Of a stretch of 60,459 nucleotides of DNA, positions 37,918-48,127 are shown piece after piece. The notes below the pieces were generated by a model. It was not told where the DNA came from. It worked only from the letters and a program-made list of their open reading frames with translations, and did no database searches. Position 1 is the first letter of the stretch, and each line of letters starts with the position of its first letter. The DNA comes from an uncultured Bacteroidales bacterium (GTDB lineage Bacteria > Bacteroidota > Bacteroidia > Bacteroidales > UBA4417), in assembly GCA_903864265.1 (NCBI GenBank), contig CAIPFN010000243.1, positions 1 through 60,459 on the forward strand, given 5' to 3'. Made by a program: the position numbers and the translations under genes.

Positions 37918-39453
37918 ATGAAACAACCCGTATTCAGCCGTTACAGCATTTATAACCGGAAAAGGCACTGGAAGCTGCTGCTGCTGCTTTTCGCTATCGT
38001 TATTATTTCGTTTTCGCTCTGGTATTCCAGTGTGCTGGTTAAAAAAATAGCCAGGGACGAACGCATGAAGATACATACCTGGGCCAACGCCCTGCAGACC
38101 AGGGCCCGCCTGGTGAATTCGACTCAGAAATTCTTTACCCAGATACAGGAAGAAGAGCGTAAAAAGGTTGAGTTATATGCCGAAGCCCTGAAACGCTTTG
38201 CCAAGGCAGGGCAAAACGAAGACCAGGGATTTTACTTGAAAATTATCGAAAACAATACATCCATCCCTGTTATTCTTACTGACAGCAAGGGGAATATTAC
38301 CGGTACCCGGAATACTGTTTTTAGTTCCGATACCGTTCCCGGCATGAAGGAATATATTAAAAAAGAATTTTCGAAGTATCCCCGTATCGAGATTCCATAC
38401 TACAAAAACGAAGTCAACTACATTTATTACAACGATTCGAAGTTGTTTACCGAAATGCAGGGAGTGATGAACAACCTGGTCAATTCGTTCTTCAGCGAAG
38501 TGGTCAACAATTCGGCTTCAGTACCGGTACTGGTCACCGACAGCCTGCAAACCCAGGCCCTGACTTACGGCCAGATCGACACCCTGCATATTCACGATTC
38601 CGCCTATCTGCAGAAGATTATACATGATATGTCAGCCGAAAACGAGCCTATAGAGATTAAAATTGCAGGCCAGGGTAAACGTCTGATTTTCTACAAAGAC
38701 TCATACGTACTAACCCAGTTGCGCTATTTTCCTTATATACAGCTGGCTATAATCAGCATCTTCCTGTTGGTAGCCTATATGTTGTTCAGTACCGCCAGGC
38801 GAAGCGAGCAAAACCAGGTTTGGGCAGGGCTTGCCAAAGAAACTGCCCACCAGCTCGGCACACCGCTTTCGTCGATGATTGCCTGGGTCGATTACCTGGA
38901 AATGAAGGATATTGACAGTGAAACCATTGAGGAGCTGCGTAAGGATGTAAATCGTTTGAGCACTATTACCGACCGCTTTTCCAAGATCGGATCCAATCCA
39001 TCGCTCATACCCGAAAACCTGGTTTCGGTCATCTACAACTCGGTATCGTATCTGAAAACCCGAACTTCGCAGAAAATAAACTATATCATCAATGTTTCCC
39101 CCGAGCAATCCATAGTTCTGCCTTTAAACCTGCAGTTGTTCGAATGGGTAATCGAAAACCTGGTGAAGAATGCAGTAGATGCCATGACCCGGCAGGGAAC
39201 CATAAAAATTGATATTTTTGAGGAAGACCATGTTGTTAATATTGACATTGCCGATACCGGCAAAGGCCTTCCCAGGAATATGTACCGAACCATCTTCAAT
39301 CCCGGCTACACGAGCAAGCAACGTGGCTGGGGCCTGGGCTTATCCCTTTCGAAACGGATTATCAGCGAATATCACAAAGGTAAAATCTTCGTTAAAAGCT
39401 CTGCCATTGGCAAAGGAACTACCTTCAGGATAGTGCTGAAGAAATCAGTTTAG
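37918..39453 (+). CDS. Membrane-bound sensor histidine kinase
   Basis: Two TM segments; H-box ETAHQLGTPLS, N-box ENLVKNAVDA, DTGKG, GWGLGLS. Confidence 0.92.
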   Translation: MKQPVFSRYSIYNRKRHWKLLLLLFAIVIISFSLWYSSVLVKKIARDERMKIHTWANALQTRARLVNSTQKFFTQIQEEERKKVELYAEALKRFAKAGQNEDQGFYLKIIENNTSIPVILTDSKGNITGTRNTVFSSDTVPGMKEYIKKEFSKYPRIEIPYYKNEVNYIYYNDSKLFTEMQGVMNNLVNSFFSEVVNNSASVPVLVTDSLQTQALTYGQIDTLHIHDSAYLQKIIHDMSAENEPIEIKIAGQGKRLIFYKDSYVLTQLRYFPYIQLAIISIFLLVAYMLFSTARRSEQNQVWAGLAKETAHQLGTPLSSMIAWVDYLEMKDIDSETIEELRKDVNRLSTITDRFSKIGSNPSLIPENLVSVIYNSVSYLKTRTSQKINYIINVSPEQSIVLPLNLQLFEWVIENLVKNAVDAMTRQGTIKIDIFEEDHVVNIDIADTGKGLPRNMYRTIFNPGYTSKQRGWGLGLSLSKRIISEYHKGKIFVKSSAIGKGTTFRIVLKKSV

Positions 39454-39592
39454 TGCTGTACATTTAACAATGGTTTTGAAAACGGGAAAGACCTGATTCG
39501 TTTTCGTAACGGACCACAATTTAGAAGGCTATTACGGGCGTTTCGCCCGAAGCATTTCCAGTATCCAATCAGAATTAACTCTTACCCAAGCC

Positions 39593-40726
39593 GTGGCCGG
39601 AATCTACATACATATCCCCTTTTGCAAGCATAAATGCAATTACTGTAATTTTTATTCCCTGGCCAGTACCCGTTATATGGACCGGGTTTCGGGTGCCATC
39701 AGCCGCGAGTTGCAACAAAGGAAAAGCTACCTGGAAGCACAAAAGGTGGAAACGATCTATTTCGGCGGCGGTACGCCTTCGGTTATTGAAACAGCTGATA
39801 TTGAAGACATTATTAATATCATTCAACGAAATTTCGATGTGGATGCAGCGGCCGAAATCACGCTAGAAGCCAATCCCGACGACTTGTCAAGCGTAAAGCT
39901 CATGGCCTTAAAGAAGGCGGGCATCAACCGCCTAAGCATAGGCATACAATCGTTCCGGCAGGAAGATCTGCAGTTTTTAAGCCGTTCGCATTCCGTTTCA
40001 GAGGTTACAAGCTGCATAACCGATGCTCAGCAGGCGGGTTTTCAAAACCTCAGCATCGACCTTATTTACGGTATACCCACGCTGACTGACGAAGGCTGGG
40101 AAGAGAACCTTCAAAAGGCATTTTCACTGGGAATTCCGCATATATCAGCCTATTCCCTTACGGTTGAAGATAAAACCCCGCTGTCAGTTATGATACGGAA
40201 AGGCAGGATGACTGCGGTGGATGAAAACCTGGCCCTCTCGCATTATCACATCCTCACCCGCATGATGCAGCAGCATGGATACGAGCACTACGAGATATCC
40301 AATTTCTGCCTTCCCGGGGCTTATTCGCGGCACAATACGGCATACTGGCAGGGGAAACCCTACCTTGGCGCCGGACCGTCCGCCCATTCGTACAATGGCA
40401 TTTCCCGTTGCTGGAATATCGCTAACCTGAAATCCTATATCGAATCGGCTGCATCGGGGCAGGTAGAACCGGAGCAGGAAATATTGAGTCCTGTCACTCA
40501 GCTAAATGAATACATCATGACTTCGCTTCGGACCATGTGGGGCTGCGACCTGTTGGCCGTGCGGCATAAGTTCGGAGCCGAAACGGCCGAAAAGCTATTT
40601 GGCGACGCCCTGCCATTTATTGAAACCGAACAGATGATTTACCAGTCGGGTAAACTCATTCTCACCGGGCAAGGCCGGCTTTTTGCCGATGGTATTTCCT
40701 CGGCTTTATTCGGGGAGGAGCAATAG
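39593..40726 (+). CDS. hemW: Radical SAM heme chaperone HemW (HemN-like)
   Basis: YIHIPFCKHKCNYC, TIYFGGGTPS, EITLEANPDD, HYEISNF. Confidence 0.88.
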   Translation: MAGIYIHIPFCKHKCNYCNFYSLASTRYMDRVSGAISRELQQRKSYLEAQKVETIYFGGGTPSVIETADIEDIINIIQRNFDVDAAAEITLEANPDDLSSVKLMALKKAGINRLSIGIQSFRQEDLQFLSRSHSVSEVTSCITDAQQAGFQNLSIDLIYGIPTLTDEGWEENLQKAFSLGIPHISAYSLTVEDKTPLSVMIRKGRMTAVDENLALSHYHILTRMMQQHGYEHYEISNFCLPGAYSRHNTAYWQGKPYLGAGPSAHSYNGISRCWNIANLKSYIESAASGQVEPEQEILSPVTQLNEYIMTSLRTMWGCDLLAVRHKFGAETAEKLFGDALPFIETEQMIYQSGKLILTGQGRLFADGISSALFGEEQ

Positions 40727-40911
40727 GATGTTTTCACACAATCTTTTCAGCACTAAAAGTTCTGTTTATGCAGTTTGAATTCTGTGACAAATTCAGGAGA
40801 TACCAGGTTGTACCAACCTAAAAGGTACAGGAACTTTAACCTAACCGGCCATTTCTGCCTCATTTTATCCGGGTAAATACTGAAATAGAGAACAATCCGC
40901 TTTTATTGGTA

Positions 40912-41997
40912 TTAGTTCAGGACTACGATCATTTGCACCGGCTGATGGTCCGAAAATTCAAATCCATATTGCAAAGTATGGGTGCTAAGCAGACTGATAT
41001 TCGGCGAGAGCACAAAGAAGTCGATAGTGGTAGTTTTTGTTTTGCCCTTAAAATAAGGTTTATCCACATCGCGGTTTGTAGGATGAGTGGGGTCATAGGC
41101 CCAGGTGTAAGCGGCCGGCAGAAATCCGGCAGGAATACCGGGAGAAATGGTTTTCACAATGTTCCCATCCCGTATGCTGTCCATAGCAAAGGGAAGGGGG
41201 TTTTGATTCCAGTCGCCACCAGCAATCACATAATTCCCTTTCGAATACTCGTTTACAATCATATCTTTCAACAGTTTTAGCTCCTTAGCACGCATTTCGG
41301 CTGCATCGTCAAAGGCGGAATTATGGGTATTGATAACAACCAGCTGACGGCCATTGCTTACCTTGTAACGCGTGAGCTCAAAACAGCGATCGAGCAGAAA
41401 CAGCCTTTTAGGCCAGCTGTATGACGAAGGGTATTGGTATCGTGTAGCCTCAATGGGTTGAAAACGGCTCATCGTTAAAATGCCGCTGTTCACTTTGCCC
41501 ATGGGCGAAGTAAGGGGCACGGGTACGAAAGGAACCTTGTAGTTAAGGGCAAAAAAGGTGGCGTAATCGCTGAATGCCGACTTAAACCGATCCACCTGGT
41601 TGTCGAGGTAGGTGCGTTCCGAATGCTGATCCACTTCCTGCATCAGTATAAAATCAGGCTTTGAAGCCGATTTCAGGCGGTTTATAACCCCATCGCGGCA
41701 AATGGCATAGTATTCTTTGTCGGGCTGCACCATAGTTCCCCCTTCGTAAAAGAAATCCATTTTGGCGCCCAGGCCGCAATAGCCGATATTCCAGGTAAGG
41801 AGTTCCAGCTTTCCCGGGGGAATGCTTTGAGGCAGGGTGCTATGAGCGATAGCCAGGGTTTCTTTCTTTTCGGGTTTATAATCGGTGAGGGTCGAATAGC
41901 CTAAAAACAGGGCCAGGCACAGCACTATCAACCCAACTATTGTTAAAACTACAAAAGCGGAAATCCGTATATATTTTTTTATTGGGCTTGTTTTCAA
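40912..41997 (-). CDS. Endonuclease/exonuclease/phosphatase family protein, membrane anchored
   Basis: TWNIGY, QEVD, NTH, GGDWN, IDFF, SDHQPV. Confidence 0.85.
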   Translation of the reverse strand: MKTSPIKKYIRISAFVVLTIVGLIVLCLALFLGYSTLTDYKPEKKETLAIAHSTLPQSIPPGKLELLTWNIGYCGLGAKMDFFYEGGTMVQPDKEYYAICRDGVINRLKSASKPDFILMQEVDQHSERTYLDNQVDRFKSAFSDYATFFALNYKVPFVPVPLTSPMGKVNSGILTMSRFQPIEATRYQYPSSYSWPKRLFLLDRCFELTRYKVSNGRQLVVINTHNSAFDDAAEMRAKELKLLKDMIVNEYSKGNYVIAGGDWNQNPLPFAMDSIRDGNIVKTISPGIPAGFLPAAYTWAYDPTHPTNRDVDKPYFKGKTKTTTIDFFVLSPNISLLSTHTLQYGFEFSDHQPVQMIVVLN

Positions 41998-42097
41998 GGG
42001 AATCGGTTTAAAAGGAGTAAAGTGTGCACGTTTTGTTGTGCACGAATTTAGAAATTATTTCTAATTTAGCCATCTTTAAAATTAAAGTTCGAAAACA

Positions 42098-43657
42098 ATG
42101 CCCATCCTTGGATCCATTATTAAGAGTGCCATAGAGTTCAGGAGCAGAATTCCTATGGAGAACCTGAAATCCCAGGATGCTTACAGAGTGCAGCTTCGAA
42201 CGCTTAAAAAATTACTCAGGCAGGCACAGCTCACCTCTTTCGGCGAGGAATACGGTTTCCAGGAAATGCTGCGGCAGCGCAACCCGCTTCACATCTTTAG
42301 CCAGCGTGTCCCTCTTTTTGATTACGACAGCATGCACCGCCGCTGGTGGTACCGCACCCTGAATGGCGAAGCCTATGTGAGCTGGCCCGGGCAGGTGAAA
42401 TATTTTGCCCTGAGTTCGGGTACCTCGGGCGCCTCAAGCAAATACCTGCCTATCACCAGGGATATGCTGAGGGCAATAAAAAAAACCAGCACGCGCCAGA
42501 TATGGTCGCTGGCCAAGTATGAATTCCCTACCGAATTTTATTCAAAAGGAATATTGATGCTGGGTGGCAGCACCCAGCTACAGTTTAACGGCACCTATTA
42601 CGAAGGCGATCTTTCAGGAATTACCGCCGGCAACATCCCTTTCTGGTTTCAGCATTTTTATAAACCGGGTAACCGTATTTCGAAAGAAACCAACTGGACA
42701 ACCAAGCTGGATGAAATTGTAAAAAAAGCACCCGAATGGGATATAGGCGTAATATGCGGGGTTCCGGCCTGGCTGCAGATTTTGCTCGAAAAAATCATAG
42801 AAACCTACAACCTCGACACCATTCATGATATGTGGCCCAACCTCAATATCTATGTACATGGTGGGGTGTCCTTTGCACCTTACCAGATGGGGTTTGAGAA
42901 ACTACTGGCACATCCGCTTACCTATATGGAAACATACCTGGCTTCGGAAGGCTTTATAGCTTACCAGAGCCGCCCCCATACCAGCGCTATGCAGCTGGTA
43001 CTCGATAACGGTATTTTCTATGAGTTTGTCCCGTTTAACGAATCCAATTTTGATGACGACGGCAACCTGAAACCCGATGCCCAGGTACTCAACATACGCG
43101 AAATTGAAGAAGATAAAGACTATGGGTTGCTCATTACTACCTGCGCCGGCGCATGGCGGTACCTGATAGGCGATACAATACGGTTTACCTCCAAAGCCCT
43201 GAACGAGGTGGTCATTACAGGCCGAACCAAACAATTCCTGAGCCTTTGTGGAGAGCATATCTCGCAGGAAAACCTGAACCACGCCGTGGAAATGCTGTCA
43301 GCAAAACTGAACATTACCATCCGGGAGTTCACCGTTGCCGGGGTTAAGCACGAAAAGGGACTGTTTGCGCATAAGTGGTTCCTGGGCTGCGATTCCCCGC
43401 TCGACGCGGCTGCCGCTGCCCGTTTGCTGGATGAAAACCTGAAAATTCTCAACGACGACTACCGCACCGAACGCCTGCATGCCATACGCGAAGTTACTGC
43501 CGAGGTGATGGAACCATCGGTTTTTTACCAATGGATGAAACAGAACGGGAAGGAAGGAGGCCAGCATAAGTTCCCCCGCGTTCTCAAAAATGCCAAACTG
43601 GATAGCTGGCTGGAATTCCTTAAGCCCCGGAAAACAGAAACCCGTCCCGGATCATAG
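42098..43657 (+). CDS. GH3 auxin-responsive-promoter family protein (adenylating acyl-amido synthetase-like)
   Basis: FALSSGTS, YLASEGF, FYEF, AWRYLIGDT, ITGRTK, GGQHKFPR. Confidence 0.87.
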   Translation: MPILGSIIKSAIEFRSRIPMENLKSQDAYRVQLRTLKKLLRQAQLTSFGEEYGFQEMLRQRNPLHIFSQRVPLFDYDSMHRRWWYRTLNGEAYVSWPGQVKYFALSSGTSGASSKYLPITRDMLRAIKKTSTRQIWSLAKYEFPTEFYSKGILMLGGSTQLQFNGTYYEGDLSGITAGNIPFWFQHFYKPGNRISKETNWTTKLDEIVKKAPEWDIGVICGVPAWLQILLEKIIETYNLDTIHDMWPNLNIYVHGGVSFAPYQMGFEKLLAHPLTYMETYLASEGFIAYQSRPHTSAMQLVLDNGIFYEFVPFNESNFDDDGNLKPDAQVLNIREIEEDKDYGLLITTCAGAWRYLIGDTIRFTSKALNEVVITGRTKQFLSLCGEHISQENLNHAVEMLSAKLNITIREFTVAGVKHEKGLFAHKWFLGCDSPLDAAAAARLLDENLKILNDDYRTERLHAIREVTAEVMEPSVFYQWMKQNGKEGGQHKFPRVLKNAKLDSWLEFLKPRKTETRPGS

Positions 43658-43708
43658 GTTTACTTATCATGACATCTTATCCTTAACCCAAAACAAAATA
43701 TCATACTC

Positions 43709-43743
43709 CACCCTCACGCCTTCACACCCTCACGCCTTCACAC
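43709..43743. repeat. C-rich 16-bp tandem duplication (CACCCTCACGCCTTCA)2
   Basis: Read directly in the GH3-LysE spacer. Confidence 0.75.
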
Positions 43744-43784
43744 GCACTTCTAACCCTCGACGCACAACTCCCAACCCCTAAACC

Positions 43785-44408
43785 ATGCATCCCTTCATAC
43801 AAGGTATCATTCTCGGACTTACATTGTCGGCTCTACTGGGCCCGGCCTTGTTTACGCTGCTGCAAACCAGCATTCACCGCGGCGTGAAATCAGGGATGTT
43901 TCTGGCTTTCGGGATATTCCTGAGTGATGTGAGCGTGGTTTACCTGGCGCTTTTGGGAGCCCTGCAGTTGATCAGCCAGAAGAACAATTATATGATTGCG
44001 GGCATAGTTGGTGGATTCATCCTGATCGGATTCGGCATTTATACCTTCCTGCATAAAATCCACCTCGACGAAAACAATAAGGGTATAGAAGTCCGCGGAC
44101 CGGGTCCGCTGACCTATGTGCTGAAGGGATATTTCCTCAATATAATGAACCCTTTCGTCTGGTTCTTCTGGATTTCAGCCATGGTAGGAGTAAGTTCATC
44201 CTTTGTGGATGACAAACATTCCATCATAATCTTCTTTATCGGAACACTGGTTACTGTTTTCGGATCCGATATATTAAAGGTGTTTATCGCCAGCCGCATT
44301 AAGCGGCATTTAAACACGAACATCCTGGTGAGGGTGAATCACTTTGTGGGAATACTGCTGATTATTTTCGGGGTATTTCTGATTATCAGGGTAATATTCC
44401 ATTTATAA
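43785..44408 (+). CDS. LysE-family translocator
   Basis: GPALF..LQTSI.RG...G....GIFLSD; NPF..FFW; about 6 TM segments. Confidence 0.82.
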   Translation: MHPFIQGIILGLTLSALLGPALFTLLQTSIHRGVKSGMFLAFGIFLSDVSVVYLALLGALQLISQKNNYMIAGIVGGFILIGFGIYTFLHKIHLDENNKGIEVRGPGPLTYVLKGYFLNIMNPFVWFFWISAMVGVSSSFVDDKHSIIIFFIGTLVTVFGSDILKVFIASRIKRHLNTNILVRVNHFVGILLIIFGVFLIIRVIFHL

Positions 44409-44465
44409 AGAATACAGTCAGCAACAGTTTTAAAACAGGTTACAGATAACCCATTAATTTATAAC

Positions 44466-46244
44466 TTATTGAATATCATCACAAAAACGTATATCCTTAA
44501 TGTTTAGTTGTATATTTTTTATCCCGTTCCACTCGTTTTCCTCTATATGATAGCAGATGTTCATACTTTGTCCTTTCTGAATGCTGTCGAATTTTTCGCC
44601 CTGCTGAAACGCAATTCCTGAATAGGGGGCACTGCGAACGGATTCCTGGTAAACAGTCATTTTAACATGGTTTTTGCCTACGATGCGGGCATGCCCTGAA
44701 TCAACGGTGCCGCGCGTCATAAATACCGGCGACATATTTCCCGGTCCGAAAGGGGCAAACTGTTTAAGGATGCGGAGGAATTTAGGGGTGATCTGGTTCA
44801 GGTTGACTTCCAGGTCTACTTCCACTTCGGGAATCAGCATTTCGTCGGTGATACTGGCCGAGACTATGGCATTGAATTTTTCGCTGAAAGGCTTCAGGTT
44901 TTCGGGTTTCAGCGATAATCCCGCCGCATACATATGCCCTCCAAAGTGTTCGAGCAGTTCGCTGCAGGCATCGATGGCATCGTACACATCGAAATCTTTA
45001 ACCGATCGGGCCGAACCGGTGATCAGCCCGTTCGACTGGGTGAGCACCACCGTGGGACGATAATAGGATTCGGTAAGCCGGGAAGCAACAATGCCGATTA
45101 CCCCTTTATGCCAGTCGGGATTAAATACCACCGTTGATTTGGCATGACGGAGAATCTCATCATTATCAATGATTTCGAGAGCTTCCAGGGTGATCTGGGT
45201 ATCGAGTGTGCGCCTTTCGTTATTAAAGTCGTTGATTTGATGGGCGATGCCGGCAGCGGTATCCATATCGGGCGACACCAGCAACTTCACCGAATTGCGC
45301 CCGCTTTCGATACGCCCTGCGGCATTGATACGCGGACCAACCACGAAAACCATATCGCTGATGGTAAGCTCACGGTTAAAGAGCAATCCGTTATCTCCTC
45401 CCTGGTGGTTTATTTCATCCTCAGTTTTACGAACAATATTGGCTACGTTCAATATAGATTCAATGCCGGCCCTTGGATTGGTATTGATGAGCTTCAATCC
45501 GAAATGGGCCAGTATGCGGTTCTCACCAATGATGGGAACAATATCAGAAGCAATACTGATAGTCACCAGGTCGAGGTATTTGTAAAGGCTTTCGAAAGCA
45601 ATGCCATGTTTTTGGGCATAGGCCTGTATCAGTTTAAATCCGACACCGCAGCCCGAGAGTTCATCGAAAGGGTAGGTGGAATCAAGTCTTTTGGCATCGA
45701 GTACCGCAACGGCCGGGGGCAATTCGTCGCCGGGCCTGTGGTGATCGCATATAATAAAATCAATGCCGCGCTCATTGGCAAACTGAACCTTGTCAACGGC
45801 TTTTATGCCACAATCGAGGGCAATTATCAGGGAGAAATTCTCCTCATGGGCATATTCAATACCCTTGAAGGAAATGCCGTAGCCTTCGCTGTACCTGTCG
45901 GGGATATAATAATCAAGATGCTCGAAACCGTTTTCTTTCAGGAAGGAATATACCAGCGAAACCGCCGTGGTTCCGTCCACATCATAATCACCGTAAACCA
46001 TGATCTTCTGCCCTTTGAGTTTTGCTTCCGCAATTCTCTCAACGGCTTTATCCATATCATTCAGCAGAAACGGATCGTGCAGCTGCGAAAGATCAGGCCT
46101 GAAAAAAGCTTTTGCCTCTTCAAAACTGGAGATGCCGCGTTGTACCAGCAATTCTGCCAATGCATTTTCAATCCCCAATGCTACGGCAATGCCCGAAACC
46201 AGGGGTGCGTCACCTTTTTGTTTTAGTACCCAGCGTTTTTCCAT
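44466..46244 (-). CDS. recJ: Single-stranded-DNA-specific exonuclease RecJ
   Basis: YGDYDVDG, PDRYSEGYG, CDHH, PRINAAGR, GSARS, FGGH..AAG, PFGPGN; -7 box (minus) at 46261-46268. Confidence 0.96.
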   Translation of the reverse strand: MEKRWVLKQKGDAPLVSGIAVALGIENALAELLVQRGISSFEEAKAFFRPDLSQLHDPFLLNDMDKAVERIAEAKLKGQKIMVYGDYDVDGTTAVSLVYSFLKENGFEHLDYYIPDRYSEGYGISFKGIEYAHEENFSLIIALDCGIKAVDKVQFANERGIDFIICDHHRPGDELPPAVAVLDAKRLDSTYPFDELSGCGVGFKLIQAYAQKHGIAFESLYKYLDLVTISIASDIVPIIGENRILAHFGLKLINTNPRAGIESILNVANIVRKTEDEINHQGGDNGLLFNRELTISDMVFVVGPRINAAGRIESGRNSVKLLVSPDMDTAAGIAHQINDFNNERRTLDTQITLEALEIIDNDEILRHAKSTVVFNPDWHKGVIGIVASRLTESYYRPTVVLTQSNGLITGSARSVKDFDVYDAIDACSELLEHFGGHMYAAGLSLKPENLKPFSEKFNAIVSASITDEMLIPEVEVDLEVNLNQITPKFLRILKQFAPFGPGNMSPVFMTRGTVDSGHARIVGKNHVKMTVYQESVRSAPYSGIAFQQGEKFDSIQKGQSMNICYHIEENEWNGIKNIQLNIKDIRFCDDIQ

Positions 46245-46542
46245 ATAATTAGCCCTTTGGCAAAAATAGGGTAATTTTCGAACAATTGTATCGCTTTATT
46301 GCGATTAAGTAAGCGGGTCATTTAGCTTTATGATTTGATCCGAAACATTCCTGCATTTCAGGATCCAGGGTAAGCATAGCCACAAAGCATCCGGGAGGAT
46401 TTGACCCTCATATTTAAGCTGAGTTTCACATCAGCCCAGGTGGTAAATGCTTAGCCTTATCACAAATATAAGCGGATGAAAACAATAAGCCTTTCGGCTA
46501 AGCCATCCTATGCAGCCATATGGAATCACCAGTACACCATGG

Positions 46543-47793
46543 TTAAAAAGTGGAACGCATAGCTTCTACCGGATCGAGACGGGAAGCGGACCAGGCCGGG
46601 AAAAGACCGGAGACCAAACCGATAAAGGCAGAAACCGAAAGGCCCAGAACAATATTCTTGATGCTGAGTATCAGCTCCATTCCGGCAAATTTTGTAACCA
46701 GCACAGTCCCTGTATAGATGAGCAGCAACCCTACCAGGCCGCCGAGCATGGATAAAAATACGGCTTCGAACAGGAATTGCTGAAGGATAAAAGCATTCCT
46801 GGCGCCAAGAGATTTCTGAATGCCAATCTGGGCTGTGCGTTCTTTCACCGATACAAACATGATATTGGCAATACCAAAGCCGCCCACCAGCAGCGAAAAG
46901 CCACCGATTATCCAGCCTACTATAGCCACTACGCCAAAAATCTGGTCAAAACCCTTGGTGATAATGCTGGTTTCGTTAATAGCGAAATTATCCTTGGCTG
47001 TGGGCTTGAGTTTTCGAACCGATCGCATAATCCCGGTCATTTCATCGCGCAAGGCCTCGTTCGAAATATTCTTTTTGCCCCGCACCATGATGGATGAGCC
47101 GATATTGTCGCTATTCAGATCAATAAAGTTGCGGGCAAAATTTACCGGTACCATCACCCAGTCATCATTCGATCCTCCGAAGGCGTTATCCCCTTCTTTT
47201 TTGAAAGTGCCGATAATCTGGACCTTTCGCCCGAAAACCAGCAGGTCCTGCCCGATTGGGTCGCCTTCGCCAATCAGTTCCCTGATAATCTTGTCGCCTA
47301 CCACTGCAACCGGTCCACCGCTCTGTGATTCCGACAGGGAGAAATACCGGCCCTGACCCAGGTTGATGGTTTCCACTTTTTCATAATCGTGCGAAGCGCC
47401 TATCACAGTGGCACCTTCAAAGGTAACCCCGTTTTTCTTGACGTTCCTGTTGGTGCCCACATAATAGGCAACTGCATCACAGAGGTTACTGCGTTTCTGG
47501 ATTTCCTCCATTTCCTGCAGTCGTGTTTCGGGGCGTTTCATATATTCCCACCAGGCGTAGTTGGCATCGCCCATGGCCCAGGGCCATTTTTGAACGAAAA
47601 GCACATTGCTGCCCAATTCTTCGATGTTTTTACGCAACTTAAGTTCGATGCTGTCGAAAACGGTAAGTACCGAAATGACAGAAAATATACCTATGGTGAT
47701 GCCTAACAACGATAAAAAAGTCCGCACCTTGTTGGCGACAATGGCCTGCATTGCAAATGCCAGGGACTCACGAATCAACCTCAGATAAAGCAT
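46543..47793 (-). CDS. MacB/FtsX-like ABC transporter permease
   Basis: RTFLSLLGITIGI, VGGFGIANIMFVSVKERT..IGI.K.LGA, PA..ASRLDPVEA; start revised to ATG 47793. Confidence 0.88.
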   Translation of the reverse strand: MLYLRLIRESLAFAMQAIVANKVRTFLSLLGITIGIFSVISVLTVFDSIELKLRKNIEELGSNVLFVQKWPWAMGDANYAWWEYMKRPETRLQEMEEIQKRSNLCDAVAYYVGTNRNVKKNGVTFEGATVIGASHDYEKVETINLGQGRYFSLSESQSGGPVAVVGDKIIRELIGEGDPIGQDLLVFGRKVQIIGTFKKEGDNAFGGSNDDWVMVPVNFARNFIDLNSDNIGSSIMVRGKKNISNEALRDEMTGIMRSVRKLKPTAKDNFAINETSIITKGFDQIFGVVAIVGWIIGGFSLLVGGFGIANIMFVSVKERTAQIGIQKSLGARNAFILQQFLFEAVFLSMLGGLVGLLLIYTGTVLVTKFAGMELILSIKNIVLGLSVSAFIGLVSGLFPAWSASRLDPVEAMRSTF

Positions 47794-48127
47794 AGTTTTA
47801 ATCAATTTATTAATTTAAGTATTTATTGCCTGATGCGTACTTCCCGGATTTTTAGTGCCGGGGCCAGGAGTCAGGTGATTTCAGGACCTACAGCCGGGGG
47901 GACTTCATGCTGAAACTACTTCGGCACCAGACCCCGGCTTTCATGTTCCTGTAACGAGTCTGTCATGAGCATTCAACCAACTCTGAGGTAAAATTACACA
48001 CATTTTCGATGTTATTTACTATATTGCTGCACATTCAATAATTAAAGCATGTTTTTAACGTTTTAATGAAAAACATGACTCAAAATTGAATAAAATTGCA
48101 AACACAATCTGAAAAGTTGAAAAGCCC

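Noticed and set aside
47806-48127. ZTP (pfl) riboswitch upstream of purH
   Set aside because: I could not find the characteristic conserved ZTP motifs by eye; an Infernal search would settle it
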